Shown here: one piece after another, positions 1 to 13,516 of the stretch
Position numbering within the stretch: position 1 is the stretch's first letter
How the letters are laid out: every line of letters begins with the position of its first letter
Origin: the human T2T-CHM13v2.0 reference genome, Homo sapiens
Assembly (NCBI RefSeq): GCF_009914755.1
Contig: NC_060929.1
Reading direction: 5' to 3' (one strand)
Length of the DNA stretch: 64,000 bases
The notes under the pieces: model-generated
Told to the model about the DNA's origin: nothing
Databases searched by the model: none
Seen by the model: the letters and a program-made list of their open reading frames with translations, nothing else
Position numbers and translations under genes: made by a program

Positions 1-150
1 AGTCTGGTTGTGATGTCAGACTATAGTTTTTGCAATATATTGCCATTAGGAAAAAATTGGGTAAAGGAAATACAATTTGTCTCTATTATTTCTTAAAACT
101 GCAGATGAATATACAATTATTTCAAAATAAAATTTTTAAATAAAAAAGAT
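1..150 (+). mobile_element. Old L1 (L1MC/L1MD-type) 3' terminal fragment
   Basis: 'ctatagttttgcaa...ccattagg..aattgggtaaagg...tttcttaaaactgcagatgaatatacaattatttcaaaataaa' resembles the L1MC/MD 3' end; A-rich tail follows. Confidence 0.6.
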
Positions 151-1874
151 AAATCCATATTTAAATGTAAATACAATATGTTATACTCAGAATAAATTGA
201 GGGTGATATTATAGAGAAAAAACTATAACCAGATATTTTACTATATCAGATAAATGTTGAAGTAACATGCCAAACAAATTATCGGCTTTAAGTGTTGCAT
301 AGAAGATTTAATCCTTTTCCTCTTTGCAGGAGCTCCATATTATCATGAGTTTCATTAGAATGCCATGTGCCGTTAGAGATTTGAACCTTTTCAGTGTAAG
401 TTGCTAGAAGCTCAACATTGGGAATATATTATGCTCCTATGTCTAATCTCCTTGTTACTAGATACATTTAGTTAAAATAACCTAACAATCCATTTAATAA
501 CTAATTTGATTATTCATTATATTAAATGATAAAGAAAACATTAACAGCAAACATTCTTCATGCACCATTTTAATTTTATATGAAACACAATTTGCTTATT
601 CTTGCTAATTTAAAAATTTTAATTTTCTTTTCAAAAATAACAAAGATGAAGAGTTTCAAGTGCTCATCCCACCATCGAAACATCAATTTCAACAACTATT
701 TATATACAAAACACCTTCACAGAGCTAAAGAAACCCAGTGAGAGATTCAAGAACCTGGGTATAGCACAAAAAGAAGAAAAAAAATGCATTAATGAGCATA
801 GGAAAGATAGTTTTATATTACCTTCTTTTCCCTTTGCTCAACCCCAGGCAGCACAACCTGGAGAGAGATATCTTTGCTTAGGAGAAGGAGAAGGAAGTGA
901 GCACTGTACTTTGCCTTGGACCCCAGAGAAAGTCCACCCCAGTTAAATCCAGTCTTACACAGGATTTAATGGACCCCATGGACCCAGACTCCACACTGGT
1001 ACTTACAACTGAGCCTCCATGCTCACTCCATTGCCAGACTTGATTCTACAACCCCAGGTTCTAGGCCCACAAGTCGTGGCAGACTTAATCTCTAGGCCAC
1101 CCAACAGCCAGACTGACCCCGGTGGCTTCAGGTTCCAGACAAGACCCAGCACAGACCTCCACACCCTGTAGTCCTAGTCCTCAGGCTGACACCTGAGGAC
1201 TTAGCCAACAGTTTGGGCCCTGTGGATACAGACTCCAGGGTGTGCAGCCCCAAGCTCCAGACTAGTGTCCAAATACTGAGCCTTCAAGCCCACCTTGGTG
1301 CCAGGCATAATTTCATACCCTCAGGATCTAGTGTGCACAATGGAATCCTAAGGACTCAGGATCCAGGCCTTTCCCAGTGGTCTTAGGTACCAGGCCTACC
1401 CCCATGGACTTAGGCACCAGGCCTATCCCTTTGAACCCAGGCTCTATCTGAGCCACCCAACATCTGACCAGCCCATGTAGACTTAGGCTCAAGGCCACCC
1501 CACTGCCAAGTCAACCCCTGTGAACCCAGGATTTATGACAGCACCTACAAGACAGGCTCCAAGCTTACCCTAATAGATACAGGCTAAAGGCCCATTCCTT
1601 CAGACCTAATGAATAGGTTCACCCCAGAGGATCCAGGCTTCGGGCTCAGCCCTGCAAACCCAGGTGCCAGGCCAACCCGCCCAAGGAATCCAGCAAACTA
1701 TAACTCCCTCAAACTACACTAGATGGCATACTGAGAATTTTTATATGGGCTGACTGATCCTGGACTTTCCGAGGCAAAGCCAGGCTGCAAAGACTGGAAT
1801 AAGTCCCTACTTTTTCAAAGCGGCAGACATCAATGTAAGGCAACAAGAAACATAAAAATCCTAGGAGACATAAT

Positions 1875-2265
1875 AGTCTTAGTCCATTAGTGCTACTATA
1901 ACAGAATAACTGACTGAGTAGTTTAGAATGAACAGGAATTTATTGGTTCAAAGTTCTGGAGGCTTAGAAGTTCAACATTAAGATGTTGGCAGCTTCAGTG
2001 ATTCTGATTTCGAGATGGTACCTTGAATATCACATTTTCCCTCAGGGTGGAATTCTTTGTCTTCACATGGTGGAGGACAGAAGAGTAAAGATGAAAAAAA
2101 AAAAAAAAAAGCCAAATTTGTCCTTTATAACAACACTGATCCCACCAATAAGAGCAGAGCCCTAATGGCCTTTTTACCTCCTAAATTCTCAGTTTCTAAC
2201 ACCACCACGACAGTGACCAAATTTTAACATGAGTTTTGGAGGGGACAAATATTCAAACCAGAGCA
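1875..2265 (-). mobile_element. MaLR solo LTR (MSTC/MSTD/MLT1A-like) inserted in L1
   Basis: Starts 'gtcttagtccattagtgctactataacagaata', ends 'catgagttttggaggggacaaatattcaaaccagagca'; reverse-orientation MST/MLT1A termini. Confidence 0.8.
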
Positions 2266-3888
2266 AACACCAAAACACTACAATAATCTCCCAATAGGCA
2301 GCCACACCCCACCCCCCAAAAATGAAGATATATAAATAGGCTGACAAAAAAAATTCAAAATAATTGTTTTAAAGAAGATAACAAACTTCAAGAAAATAAA
2401 AAGAAAGGATTCAATAATATTAGAAAAATAGTAAATGAAAAAATAAAAAACCAAAGATGGTAATTAAAACAAAATGAAACCATGGAGATGAAAAAAATAT
2501 GATGATTCAAGTAAAAAATGCAATAGAGATTATCAAGAGCAGAATTATCAAGCAGAAGAAAAACTCTCTGAACTCAAAACTAGGTTATTTTAAAATATAC
2601 AGTTAGAGAAAAAATGAAAGAATGCAAAGGAATGAAGAAAGCTTATGGGACAGAACTATAGGGCAAATTTTTTGAGTTATAAGAGTTAATGACAGAAAAT
2701 AGAAGATCAAAGGGGAGGAAAGATTATTTAAATGAATAATTTAAATATTGTGGGAAAGATAAATAATCAAGTACAGAATAGTAAAAGGTCTCCAATTAGA
2801 TTCAATGCAAATAAGAATACAGCAAGGCATATTATAATCAAAATATCAAAAGTCAAAAAACAATGAGAAAATCATGAAAGCTGCAATAGAAAAGAAGAAA
2901 AATGATATATAAGGGAGTTCTAATAAGGCGAACACCTTATATCTCAGCAGACACATCACAGCCAGGAAAGAATGGGATGATATATTCAAAATGCTGAAGA
3001 AAAAAAACAAAAAAAAACTTCCAACCAAGAAAACTAAACTCAATAAATCTGTTCTTCATAAATGAAGGAAAGATAAACTTTCCCAGATGAACGAACGTTA
3101 AGAATGTTCATCACCATTAAACATATCTTACAAGAAATGCTAAAGAAAATGCTACAAACTGAAATCAAAGAATTCTAATTAGTAACACAAAATAATACGA
3201 AAGTATAAAGTTCACTGTTATAAGTAAATATATCATCAAATTCAGAATACTCTGAAACTGTAATAGTGATGCATATATCACTTATATCTTAAGTATGAAG
3301 GTTAGAAGATAAAACTATAAAAAATAATAGCAAAAAATCCGTTCAGGGAAATACCATATAAAAATATGTAAATTGTGACATTAAAAATGTAAAGTTTTTG
3401 GAAGGAGTAAAACTATTTTGTAGGCAAATTTGTTAATTTGTTTAAGGTAGGCTGTAAGATTTTTTTGTAAGCCTTATGTTGACCACAAAGCAAAAGCCAA
3501 TGGTAGAGACAAAAAGATAAACAGCAAGAAATAAAAGTATATTACCAGAAAAAAATCACTTAATTACAAAAAAAGACAGCAAGGAATAAAGGATTTACAA
3601 ATAAAGCAACAAAATGGTAGTAGTAAGTTCTTACTTAACAATATTTACCTTAACTATAAATGGATTAAATACATCAATCAAAAGACATAGAGTGACTCAA
3701 TAGATTAAAAAAAGAATCAACTACAAAAGACTCACTTCACCCATAAAGATGCATATACCCTGAAAGTGAGGAAGTACTAAAAGATTATTTCATACAATTG
3801 GACAACAAAAGGAAGGAAGAGTAGCTATACTTGTATCAGATAAAATAGACTTTATGTCAAAAACTGTAAGCAGAATAAAATAGATCAT

Positions 3889-4251
3889 TGACATGGTTTG
3901 ACTCTGTGTCCCTACCCAAATCTCATCTCAAATTATAATCCACATGTGTCAAGGGAAGTAAGTTATTGAATCACGGGGGCAGTTTCCCCTACTCTGTTCT
4001 CCTGATAGTGAGTGAATGCTCATCAGATCTGATGGTTTTATAAACGGTAGTTTTTCCTGAACTATTGCTTTCTGTCTTTCCTGCCACCTTGTGAAGAAGG
4101 TGCCTGCTTCCCCTTTTCCTTCAGCCATGATTGTAAGTTTCCTGAGGCCTCCCTAGCTTTATGAAACTGTGAGTCAATTAAACCTCTTTCCTTTATATAT
4201 TACCCAGTCTTGGGTAGTATCTTTATACCAGTGCAAGAACAGACTAATACA
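3889..4251 (+). mobile_element. THE1D/MSTA-like solo LTR inserted in L1 ORF2
   Basis: TG...CA termini ('tgacatggtttg'...'gactaataca'); 5-bp TSD atcat/attat. Confidence 0.9.
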
Positions 4252-4607
4252 ATTATTATTTTATAATGAAGGAGTTAATTCAACAAGAAAATATAATGAT
4301 TATAAATATATTTGTACTAAACATTGAGTAACCTAAATAAATACAGGAAATATTAATAAACCTGAAGAGAGAGAGAGATTGCAAAACAATAATAGTAGCA
4401 TACATGGAACATTCTCTAGGATAGATTAAAAACCCTGGATGCAAGAGGAGAGGGAGATGAGCACTGTATTTTGCCTTGGACCTCAAAACTAAGCCTGCCC
4501 CAGTAAAACTCAGCCCTGAAGTCTCTTGTAGCCCCAGATTAAAATCTGGTATGCACAAATAGATCATCCAGGCTTTTTCTAATGCCAGAGTAGATGCCAC
4601 AACATTA

Positions 4608-4662
4608 GGCTGCACTCCAGCATGGGCAACAAAAGTGAAACTCCATCTCAAAATAAAAAAAG
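4608..4662 (+). mobile_element. Alu 3' terminal fragment
   Basis: 'tgcactccagcatgggcaacaaaagtgaaactccatctcaaaataaaaaa' matches the end of the Alu right arm plus A tail. Confidence 0.85.
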
Positions 4663-7600
4663 GGCGGGAAGAGAGAAAATAATAAAGATCTAAATGAAAA
4701 TACATAAAATAGAGACTAGAAAAGTAAGAGAAAACATTAATAAAATTAAGAGTTGGCTTTTTGAAAGTATACACAGTATCAGCAGACATTTAGCTGGACC
4801 AAGAAAAATACAGAAGATTCAAATAAATAAAATTAGAAATATAAGAGGAGACATTACAACTAACAGCATGGAAGTACAAAGGATTACAGGAGAGCACTAT
4901 GGAGAATTATACACTCCTCAAAATGTATAACCAGAGGAAATGTATTCATTTCTAGACCATACAACCTACTAAGACTGAATCATGAAGAAATAGAAATTCT
5001 AAACAGACAAGTAGCAAGTTAGGAGATTGAATCAATAATAAAATATCTCCCATCAAAGAAAAGCCCAGAACCTGATGGCTTCACTGATGAATTCTACCAA
5101 ACATTTGAAGAACTAAACCAAGCTAACTCAAACTGTTTCAAAAAATTGAAGAGAAAGAAGTACTTCCAAATTCATTTCACTAAGTATCATTATCCTAATA
5201 TTAAAGCCAGACAAGAATACTATAATAAAAGTTACAAGGCTATATGCTTGATAAACACATGTATAAAAATCCTCAGCAAAAACATAGCAAGCAAAATTCA
5301 ATACCACATTAAAAGGATTGTTGACAATTCACCATCACCAAGTAAGATTTATCCCAGGAATACAAGAATGGTTCAACAAAGCCAAATCTATAAATGCAAT
5401 ATAGCACATTAACAGAATGATGTACAGAAATTACATAATCATCTCAATAAGGCAGGAAAAGCATTTGACATAATTCAACATCCTTTCATAATAAGACTCT
5501 CAACAAATTGGTATAGAAGAAATGTACTTCAACACAATAAAAGGGCATATATAACAAACATACAGCTAGTATCATATTCTAAGGTGAAATTTGAAAGCTT
5601 TTCCTCTAACATCAGGAATACAAGGATACTCACTTTCGCTGCTTCTATTCAACATAGTACTGAATGTCCTAGCTAGAGCAATTACACAAAAGAGAGAGAG
5701 GCAAGAGACATTAGAAATGGAAAGAAAAAAACTACATTTTTCCTATTTTGAGATAATATAATCTTTTATGTAGAAAACCCTAAAGATGCCACACTAAAAA
5801 AAATCTCTAAGAACTGATAAATTCAGTACACAAAAAATAAAAAAAAATAGAAAATAAACAAAAAACAGCACAAAACATTGCAGCATTTCTACACACTAAC
5901 ACGAAACTATCCAAAAAATAAATCAAGAAAACAATTCCATTTATAACAGCTACCAAAAAATACATAGGAATAAATTTAACCAAGCAGGTGAAAGCCTTGT
6001 ACACTCCAAATTATAAAACAATAATGAAAGAAAATGAAGAAAACTCAAGTATATAGTAGGAAATCCCATGTTTACAAATAGGAAGAATTAATATTGTTAA
6101 AATGTCCCTACTTCCCAAAAGAATTTGAAGATTCAATGCAATTCCATCACAATTTCAATGACATTCTTCACAGAAACAGAAAAAAATCTAGAATGTGTAT
6201 GAAACCACAAAATACTGAATAGACAAAGCAATCTTGAGCAAAAAGAACCAAGCTGGAGGTATCACACTACCTACTTTACAAAGCTATACTAACCAAAACA
6301 TCATGGAACTGGCACAAAAACAGACACATAGGCCAATGCAACAGAATAGAGATGCCAGAAATAAATCCACATGTGTGGTCAATTCATTTTTACAAAGTTG
6401 CTAATAACACACAATTGGGAAAGAAAGCCCTCTTCAATAAATGGACACATGGATTATCTACATGCAGAAGGATGAAATTAGGCCAACATCTCACACCATA
6501 TAAAAAAATCAACTCAAAATATAGTAAAGACTTAAATATAATTCTTCAACTGTAAAACTAGTAGGAAAAAATAGGAGAAAAGCTCCTACACACTGGTTTC
6601 AGCAATGATTTTTGAGATATGAACCCAAAAGCACAGGCAACAAAAGCAAAATTAGACAAATAGGATTACATCAAATCAAACTGCTTCTTCTCTGCTAAGG
6701 AAACAATCAACAGAGTAAAGAGACAACCTACATAGTAGGAGAAAGTATTTGCAAATATACATCTGATAAAGTACTAATATTCTAAATATATAAAGAATCT
6801 AAACAATTCAATAGTAAGAAACCAAATGACACAATTTAAAAAAATGAACATAAGATCTAAATAGGCATTTCTCAAAAATATATACATACAGATGGCCAAT
6901 GAGTATATGAAAAAATATTCAACATCACTAATTATCACAGAAAAGTAAATTAAAACCACAATGAGATATCACCTAAAACCTGTTAGAACACATATTAACA
7001 AAAAGGTGAAAGACACTCGTTGATAAGGATGTGGAGAAGAGGGTACCTTTGCACATTATTTGTGAGAATATAAATTAGTGCAACCATCAAAGAAAACAGT
7101 ATAGAAGTTCATCAAAAATTAAAAATAGAAGTACCAGATCATCCAACAATTCTGATTCTGAATATATATCTAAAGAAAATGAAATCACTATGCAGAAGGA
7201 ATGTCTTCACTTCCATGCTCATTGCAGTATTAGTCACACTGGCCCTGATATGGATTCAACCTAAGTGTTCATCAACAGATAATGGATTTTAAAATGTGGC
7301 ATATATACACGATGGAATACTATTCAGCCTTAAAAAGAAAGAAATCCTGTCATTTGTAACAACATAAATTAACCTTAAGGATATTATATTAAACAAAACA
7401 AGCCAGGGACAAAAAGACAAATACTGTGTGATCCCACTTATATGTTGAATCTAAAAAAGCTGAATTCATACTAGTAGGGAGTAGAGTGGCGGTTACCAGG
7501 GACTGTGGTGTGGGGTAAATGTGGGGAGACATTAATCAAAAGATACAAAATTTCACTTATATGGGAGGTGTAAATTCAAAAGATCTATGGTACAAAATGA

Positions 7601-8517
7601 TTATTATAGTTAATATCAATGAATTTTATTTTTGAAAATTGGAAAAAGGGTAGTTTTTAAGTATTTGCATCACAAAAAAATCAGTGTTAGGTAATATATA
7701 TGTTAATTAGCTCGTTAGCGATTTTATAATGTACACATATTTTAAAACCACATGTGCATGATAAATATATACAATTTGTATTTGTCAATTTAAACATTTA
7801 AAAAATCAATTAAATGTGAAAAAAGGCAAATGGATTCCTAAGGAATAATTTTTAACTACACTGCAGCTGTAGAAAAGTATAATTGAATATGATCTTTTTA
7901 AGTCAAGTAATTATTAGACCAAAATTTCTTACTAAAATGACAGCTTGGTAATATAACAGATTTTCAAGGCATTAAAGCCTCAGAGCTCATTAATATGTTA
8001 CCTAGAAGTAAGCTACTGTAAATTTATAAATAACCTGCTACACAGAGGAATTAACAAAAAGCTTCAAAATCACTGTTTAATTTTAAATTTGCTAACAGTT
8101 TATCAGCTGAGATGATTAAATGGCAAATTATAACTTAAACTCTATTATACTGATGTAATGTAATTAGTGGTGTCATAAGGCACACCTACAAGCTTCAGAA
8201 GTATTGAAATTTACTCACAAGGCTGACACTTAATGCCTTTGGAAATATTAAAATTCCTCTCAGTACTCTTAATACATCTTTTTTAATATAGTAAAAAATG
8301 TGCTTTCTAAATTGAAAGTACCCTGGTTTGAGAGAAGTTTAGCTATTACAATCATTCTTCCAGGATTTTCTTTTAGAAATCCAATTTAAATGAATGTTTC
8401 AGATGACTAATTTCTTAAGCTTGTTATCTCCAATATTTGAACTAATTGGCAGTTATTAACCATATAACACATAACATTTTCCCACCTAACATCACTAACA
8501 AAATATTATTGAAATAT

Positions 8518-8845
<328 letters not shown>

Positions 8846-8959
8846 TTATTAAAATAGATTTTCTCCCTTTTTGGGGAGTGGTGGAGATTGATTTTCATAT
8901 CAGAATTTCTTAGAGACCTGAAAATATAAGTTATCTATTTTCGTAATGTCCTTTTTTAT

Positions 8960-9895
8960 AGCTTTATTTCATTTTTTAAAAATGCGTACATATTTACAAG
9001 GTACATGAAATATTATGTTATATGCATATAATGTGCAGTAATAAAGTCAGGGTATTCAGTGTGTCCATCACCCACGTACAAGACATTTTTAAATATAGTC
9101 ATCCTACCAAACATTGTATTTATTCCTGATATGGTATGGCTGTGTCCCCACCCAGATCTCATTTTGAATTCACACGTGTTGTGGGAGGGACCCAGTGGGA
9201 GGTAAGTGAATCATGGAGGCAGGTCTTTCCTGTGCTGTTCTTGTGATAGTGAATAAGTCTCAGGAGATCCGATAAGGGGTGTTTCCCTGCCTTTTGCCAT
9301 GATTGTGAGGCCTCCCCAGCCACATGGAACTGTAAGTCCATTAAACATCTCTTTCTTTTGTAAATTGCCCAGTCTCAGGTATTTCTTTATCAGCACCATG
9401 AGAATGGACAAATACAATTCCATCTATATTACTGTATGTTTGTATGCATTAGCCTATTTCTCTTTATCCTCCCCCCACCCTTCCCAATCTATACCTTCTA
9501 TTTTTCACTCTCTACCTCCATGTGTTCAAAAGTTTTAGCTCCCACATATAAATGAGAACATGCAATATTTGTCTTTTTGTGACTGGTTTATTTCACTTAA
9601 AAGAATGGCCTCCAGTTCCATCCATGTTGCTGCAAAGGACATGATTCCATTTTTGTATGGCTGAATAGTATTCTATCGTGTGTATATACCACATTTTCTT
9701 TATCCATTAATCTGTTGATGGATGCTTAAGTTGATTCCATAGCTTTTCTAATGTGAATAGTGCCATAATAAATGTGTGAGGTGAGTGCAAGTATCTCTTT
9801 GATATATTAATTTATTTTTCTTTCAGTAGATACTCAGTAGTGAGATTGCTGGATGGAATGGTAATTCTATTTTCAGATTTTTGGAAATGCTGTTT
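8960..9895 (-). mobile_element. L1MA-type 3' fragment, interrupted by THE1
   Basis: Antisense L1 3'UTR/ORF2 end: 'ctcccacatataaatgagaacatgcaatatttgtc...tccagttccatccatgttgctgc'. Confidence 0.85.
9127..9416 (+). mobile_element. THE1B-like solo LTR with internal deletion
   Basis: 'tgatatggtatggctgtgtccccaccc'...'ggacaaataca'; perfect 5-bp TSD ATTCC (9122-9126, 9417-9421); shorter than the other two THE1-type LTRs here. Confidence 0.92.
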
Positions 9896-9919
9896 TCTCT
9901 ATTCTTAAAAATCTTTCCC

Positions 9920-10190
9920 AATCCCTAAATCACCCTTAAATCTTCTATGATTGCGCCTCTTAGTCTCCATGTACCTTCATAAATGTTGTTAGATGCCCTT
10001 CCAATGTGCTTGTATAGAACTATGCATTTACATGTGTCATTGCACATTTTATTACTTCTTCCTCTCACGATGATATAAATTCTTTGAGAACTAAAACTGT
10101 ACCTTATTTACTGTTACATACCAAAGATCTCACATACTTCCCATAAATATTGTGTGCAACATTTGTGCTGTGGAATTAATAAATATTTGT
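9920..10190 (+). mobile_element. L2 3' end fragment
   Basis: Degenerate 'tataaattctttgagaactaaaactgtaccttattttactg...atttgtgctgtggaattaataaat' resembles the L2 3' end. Confidence 0.45.
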
Positions 10191-10470
10191 ATGTAGTCTA
10201 TTGAACTTCAAAGTATTTTGCCTACTTCCAGCATTCTTGTATTTGATAAATAGGTGATGGTTATACAAATATTTTATACACTTACAGACTTTTACAGTTT
10301 TTCTTAGTCTTTGAATTTTCAAGTGCTTTTCATTTTTTCTTTTTCATCATATGGTATGATGGTTTAACTTATTACTTTAGGGTTTTTTGCAAAATCCATT
10401 ATGTTTTCCCATAAATAATTCTCCAGAAATGCATACAGAATTCCAACTATGTTTTTATTGCTTTCATTAT

Positions 10471-10831
10471 TATATTAGTCCAGTTTCATGCTGCTGATGA
10501 AGACATACCCAAGCCTGGGTAATTTATAAAGAGAAAGATTCAATGGACTCACAGTTCCATGTGGCTGGGCAGGCCTCACGATCATGGCAGAAGGCAAAGG
10601 GCACATCGTACATGGAGGCAGACGAGAGAATGAGAGCCAAGTGAAAGAGGTTTCCCCTTATGAAACCATCAGATCTCATGAAACTTATTCACTACCACGA
10701 GAACAGCATGGGGGAAACTGCCGCCGTGATTCAACTATCTCCCACCAGGTTCCTCCCACAACACGTGGGAATTATGGGAGCTACAATTAACGATAAGATT
10801 TGTGGAAGACACACACAGCCAAACCATATCA
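10471..10831 (-). mobile_element. THE1B/C-like solo LTR
   Basis: 'tatattagtccagtttcatgctgctgatgaagacataccc'...'cagccaaaccatatca'; TSD attat/attac. Confidence 0.92.
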
Positions 10832-11814
10832 ATTACACAAAGTGCATCAACTCACCAAATGAGAAAATTAATCTGAAGCCCCACCAAATAAGAGTTACCA
10901 AATAAGAGTTAAGAAGAACAACATTAACAGATAATGTTAGTCTAATATAGTAATTTTCCAGATTTCTAAATTGTCAATTAATCAAGTATTATTTGACTCA
11001 TGCTTTTGCTTGATAGATTCTTTCAGTAACCATGTATAGTTCAATAGTCATGTTCAATTAAGGTAGCAATGGGAAAAATATTCTTGAGATTAGCTTACAT
11101 TTTAAAGATCTTCTTGATTTGTTTCCATTATTCTTCACTATACTATTTGGCACATTTTAAGTCATTCTTCTTTGTGTATGCCTCTGATTAGTGTTTGAAA
11201 GTAGTTATCTTATTCCTCATTTCATCCTTTGACAGTGTACATATTGAACACTTTTTATCTTGCCACATAAATAATTTCTCAAGGTTCTTTAATCATTTCA
11301 CTCAAAATATTCACTCAACTTTCCCCAGTCTGCTCATAAATTTTTGATTACACAGTGTTCAAATTTAAATGCAAAAATGAAAACATGGTCCTACAGGAGT
11401 ACTGCAGACTACAATTTCTTGCTATGATTATGTTCAATGGGATAGGAGCATCTTCAATTACTCCCAATATAGGAAGACTTCAGAGAGGCAATTTAAAGGC
11501 AAAAATTCAAACAAATAGTCTATAACTGCTCTTTTATTGGTACAAAAACTCATTTTTATATCTTATCTAGCTAACTATGGTTTTAATTTTTTCTAATATC
11601 TTGTTTTGCAATAACAAAGTGAACTTAGTTTATTGGAATCTACTGCTGATTTCTAACTTTTCTAACTTCATTAATAGAAAAAATTAATGTCACTGTATTT
11701 CAAATTAATATATACTTTATATTATTCAAAGAAATTATGTCATTGTAGATGATAATTCTCAAATTATCTGTTTTTTTTTTTTAACAATTTTCTTCTCTTT
11801 TCTATTCCTTTGAA

Positions 11815-12000
11815 GACTGGTTTGCATGGATGAATAATGAGATGCCTGTGGTTTCTGACTTCTGATTAGTTTGGCCAAAGGAGAACACAGGAAGGAGTTC
11901 AAATAAAATAAGGTCAGGGTATTCATTCTCTTGATTCCTTTCCTATAGAGTTAATACTAAAAAGCAGTGTCTCTTGACGGAAAGTCACTGCTATTACTAC
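11815..12000. mobile_element. Old ERVL-type LTR fragment (LTR33/LTR16-like)
   Basis: 'tctgacttctgattagtttggccaaaggagaacac...aaggtcagggtattcattctcttgattcc' resembles the LTR33 core; very diverged. Confidence 0.35.
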
Positions 12001-12019
12001 AAGAAGTCTCCATAGAGAG

Positions 12020-13225
12020 ATAAACTTCCAAAATGGTGGAGTGAGGATCTCAGTGAACTTGTTCTCCCTCTAAAACCATTAAAATGTGGGCAAATCAACT
12101 AAAATCAACCATTTTAGTACTCTGACAATTAACACAACTACATAAAGGTAGGAAAATAATCTATCTGAAAGATACTACTGAACCTTGGTAAAAGAGCAGG
12201 TTCTGTGATGTTTCCCCATTCCCCTTCCTTTTCCAGTTCAGTGGTACAGTAGACAAAAGCCAGCAGTACAGCAAAAGAGAAAGACAGACAGAGAGAGAAA
12301 TAGATTGAGAGAGAAAGATCCCTAAACACTCTTAGACCTCTGTTAAAAGCACCATCCCCAGAGGGCTATCAACATTTTGTCTACATTTGAAGTTCACTGG
12401 AAAATATATATTCTTAGAGTACAGTGGCTATTTGATTTGATTTAGAACTCCTCTCAAAAGAGGGAGGAGAGTCTAACACTAGGATATTACCCATAAAATA
12501 GCAAACTACTGGTCATATCTCACTTACATAAAGTTGTGATTTTAGTTGGGCCATATGAGAGCCTGCACACATCTTTAAAAGGAAATCCTGGGGAAGTAGA
12601 TGACCATAGGATACTTTGAAAAGTGTCCAGTTATTCCTAGGAATCTAAAAGATTGTATGCTTGTGCAAGCCAGTGCACATGCCGGAGAAGACCTGAGACA
12701 GAAGACGGCACCAGTGGATCACCGTTGATTGACCCTGAAGCTTTGCAGAAGAAAGTGCAAGCTAAGTTTGTCTTGTAAACTGTCTAAAGTTTGAAGGCAT
12801 GCCTTATCACTCAGGTCATCTTTTCACAGAGTGAAATATACAAAGACAATGAAATAAAAAAATCTCCCAAGCAATCATCAGCTCACATTAAATTACACTG
12901 AATAAAGCATGACACCTAAGAAGTCAAGATTAAAATTAAAAATAATAATAATAATAATAAAGCCAACAGAGAACTCAGGGGTAACACACTGGAAAGAATA
13001 CAGAAACTACAAATTTGTTTCAAGAATTATGCTAAATAATGAGTAAAAAATTAAAAAAATATATCCCAGCAACAAATAACACAAATGAAAACAAAAAGTG
13101 TAATACAGACCTTGATGGGGGTGGGGCACGATGTGGAAGAATGTGATCCCCACTTGTTACAATACAGTATATAAAATGTCCAGTTTTCAACAAAAAAATG
13201 AAGTCCAATGGGACAACAAAGTATG
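12020..13225 (+). mobile_element. Ancient L1 (L1M4-like) 5' region
   Basis: Begins 'acttccaaaatggtggagtgagg', ends 'aaaatgtccagttttcaacaaaaaaatg', motifs typical of old L1M 5' ends. Confidence 0.55.
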
Positions 13226-13459
13226 AGTCAGGGGCTTAGATCTTTGGTTCATTAATGGTCCCATCACCCACTGCCACTCCGCATCCCTGCGATGGTTCTC
13301 AGCTGCCTTCTCCTCTAGTCCTACTCAGTGTTCCTGTAAGGATCTACATTTACTGTCCACACTGTGGTGTAACATCATATAGTAAAATAATAACACTCTT
13401 AAAGATCAACAGAGATCATGGCAGAAAGGAAAAAGGGTTCTTTTTCTAGCTTTTGAAAG

Positions 13460-13516
13460 AGAGACCCTACATTTGAATTTTGTACTGAGCCTTTTAAATT
13501 ATGTAGTTGGCCCTGC
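13460..13516. mobile_element. MER91-like hAT fragment
   Basis: 'cctacatttgaattttgtactgagccttttaaattatgtagttggccctg' resembles the MER91 terminus. Confidence 0.45.

Larger units (their letters stand above)
641..7810 (+). mobile_element. Near full-length, decayed LINE-1 (L1MA4/L1MA4A-like) with nested insertions
   Basis: GC-richer repetitive 5'UTR (about 650-1850), ORF1-like A-rich region (about 2300-3200), ORF2 start near 3614, endonuclease/RT-like DNA to about 7450, and an L1MA-type 3'UTR ('caaaagatacaaaatttcac...gttaattagctcg') ending in an A-rich tail. Many stops and frameshifts. Confidence 0.9.

Noticed and set aside
900-1700. GC-rich degenerate repeats (ccaggc...accc) as a novel satellite or promoter
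   Set aside because: Position and motifs fit the repetitive 5'UTR of the L1MA-type element.
4280-4789. 169-aa minus-strand ORF
   Set aside because: Antisense to L1/Alu DNA across a rearrangement junction; no recognisable domain.
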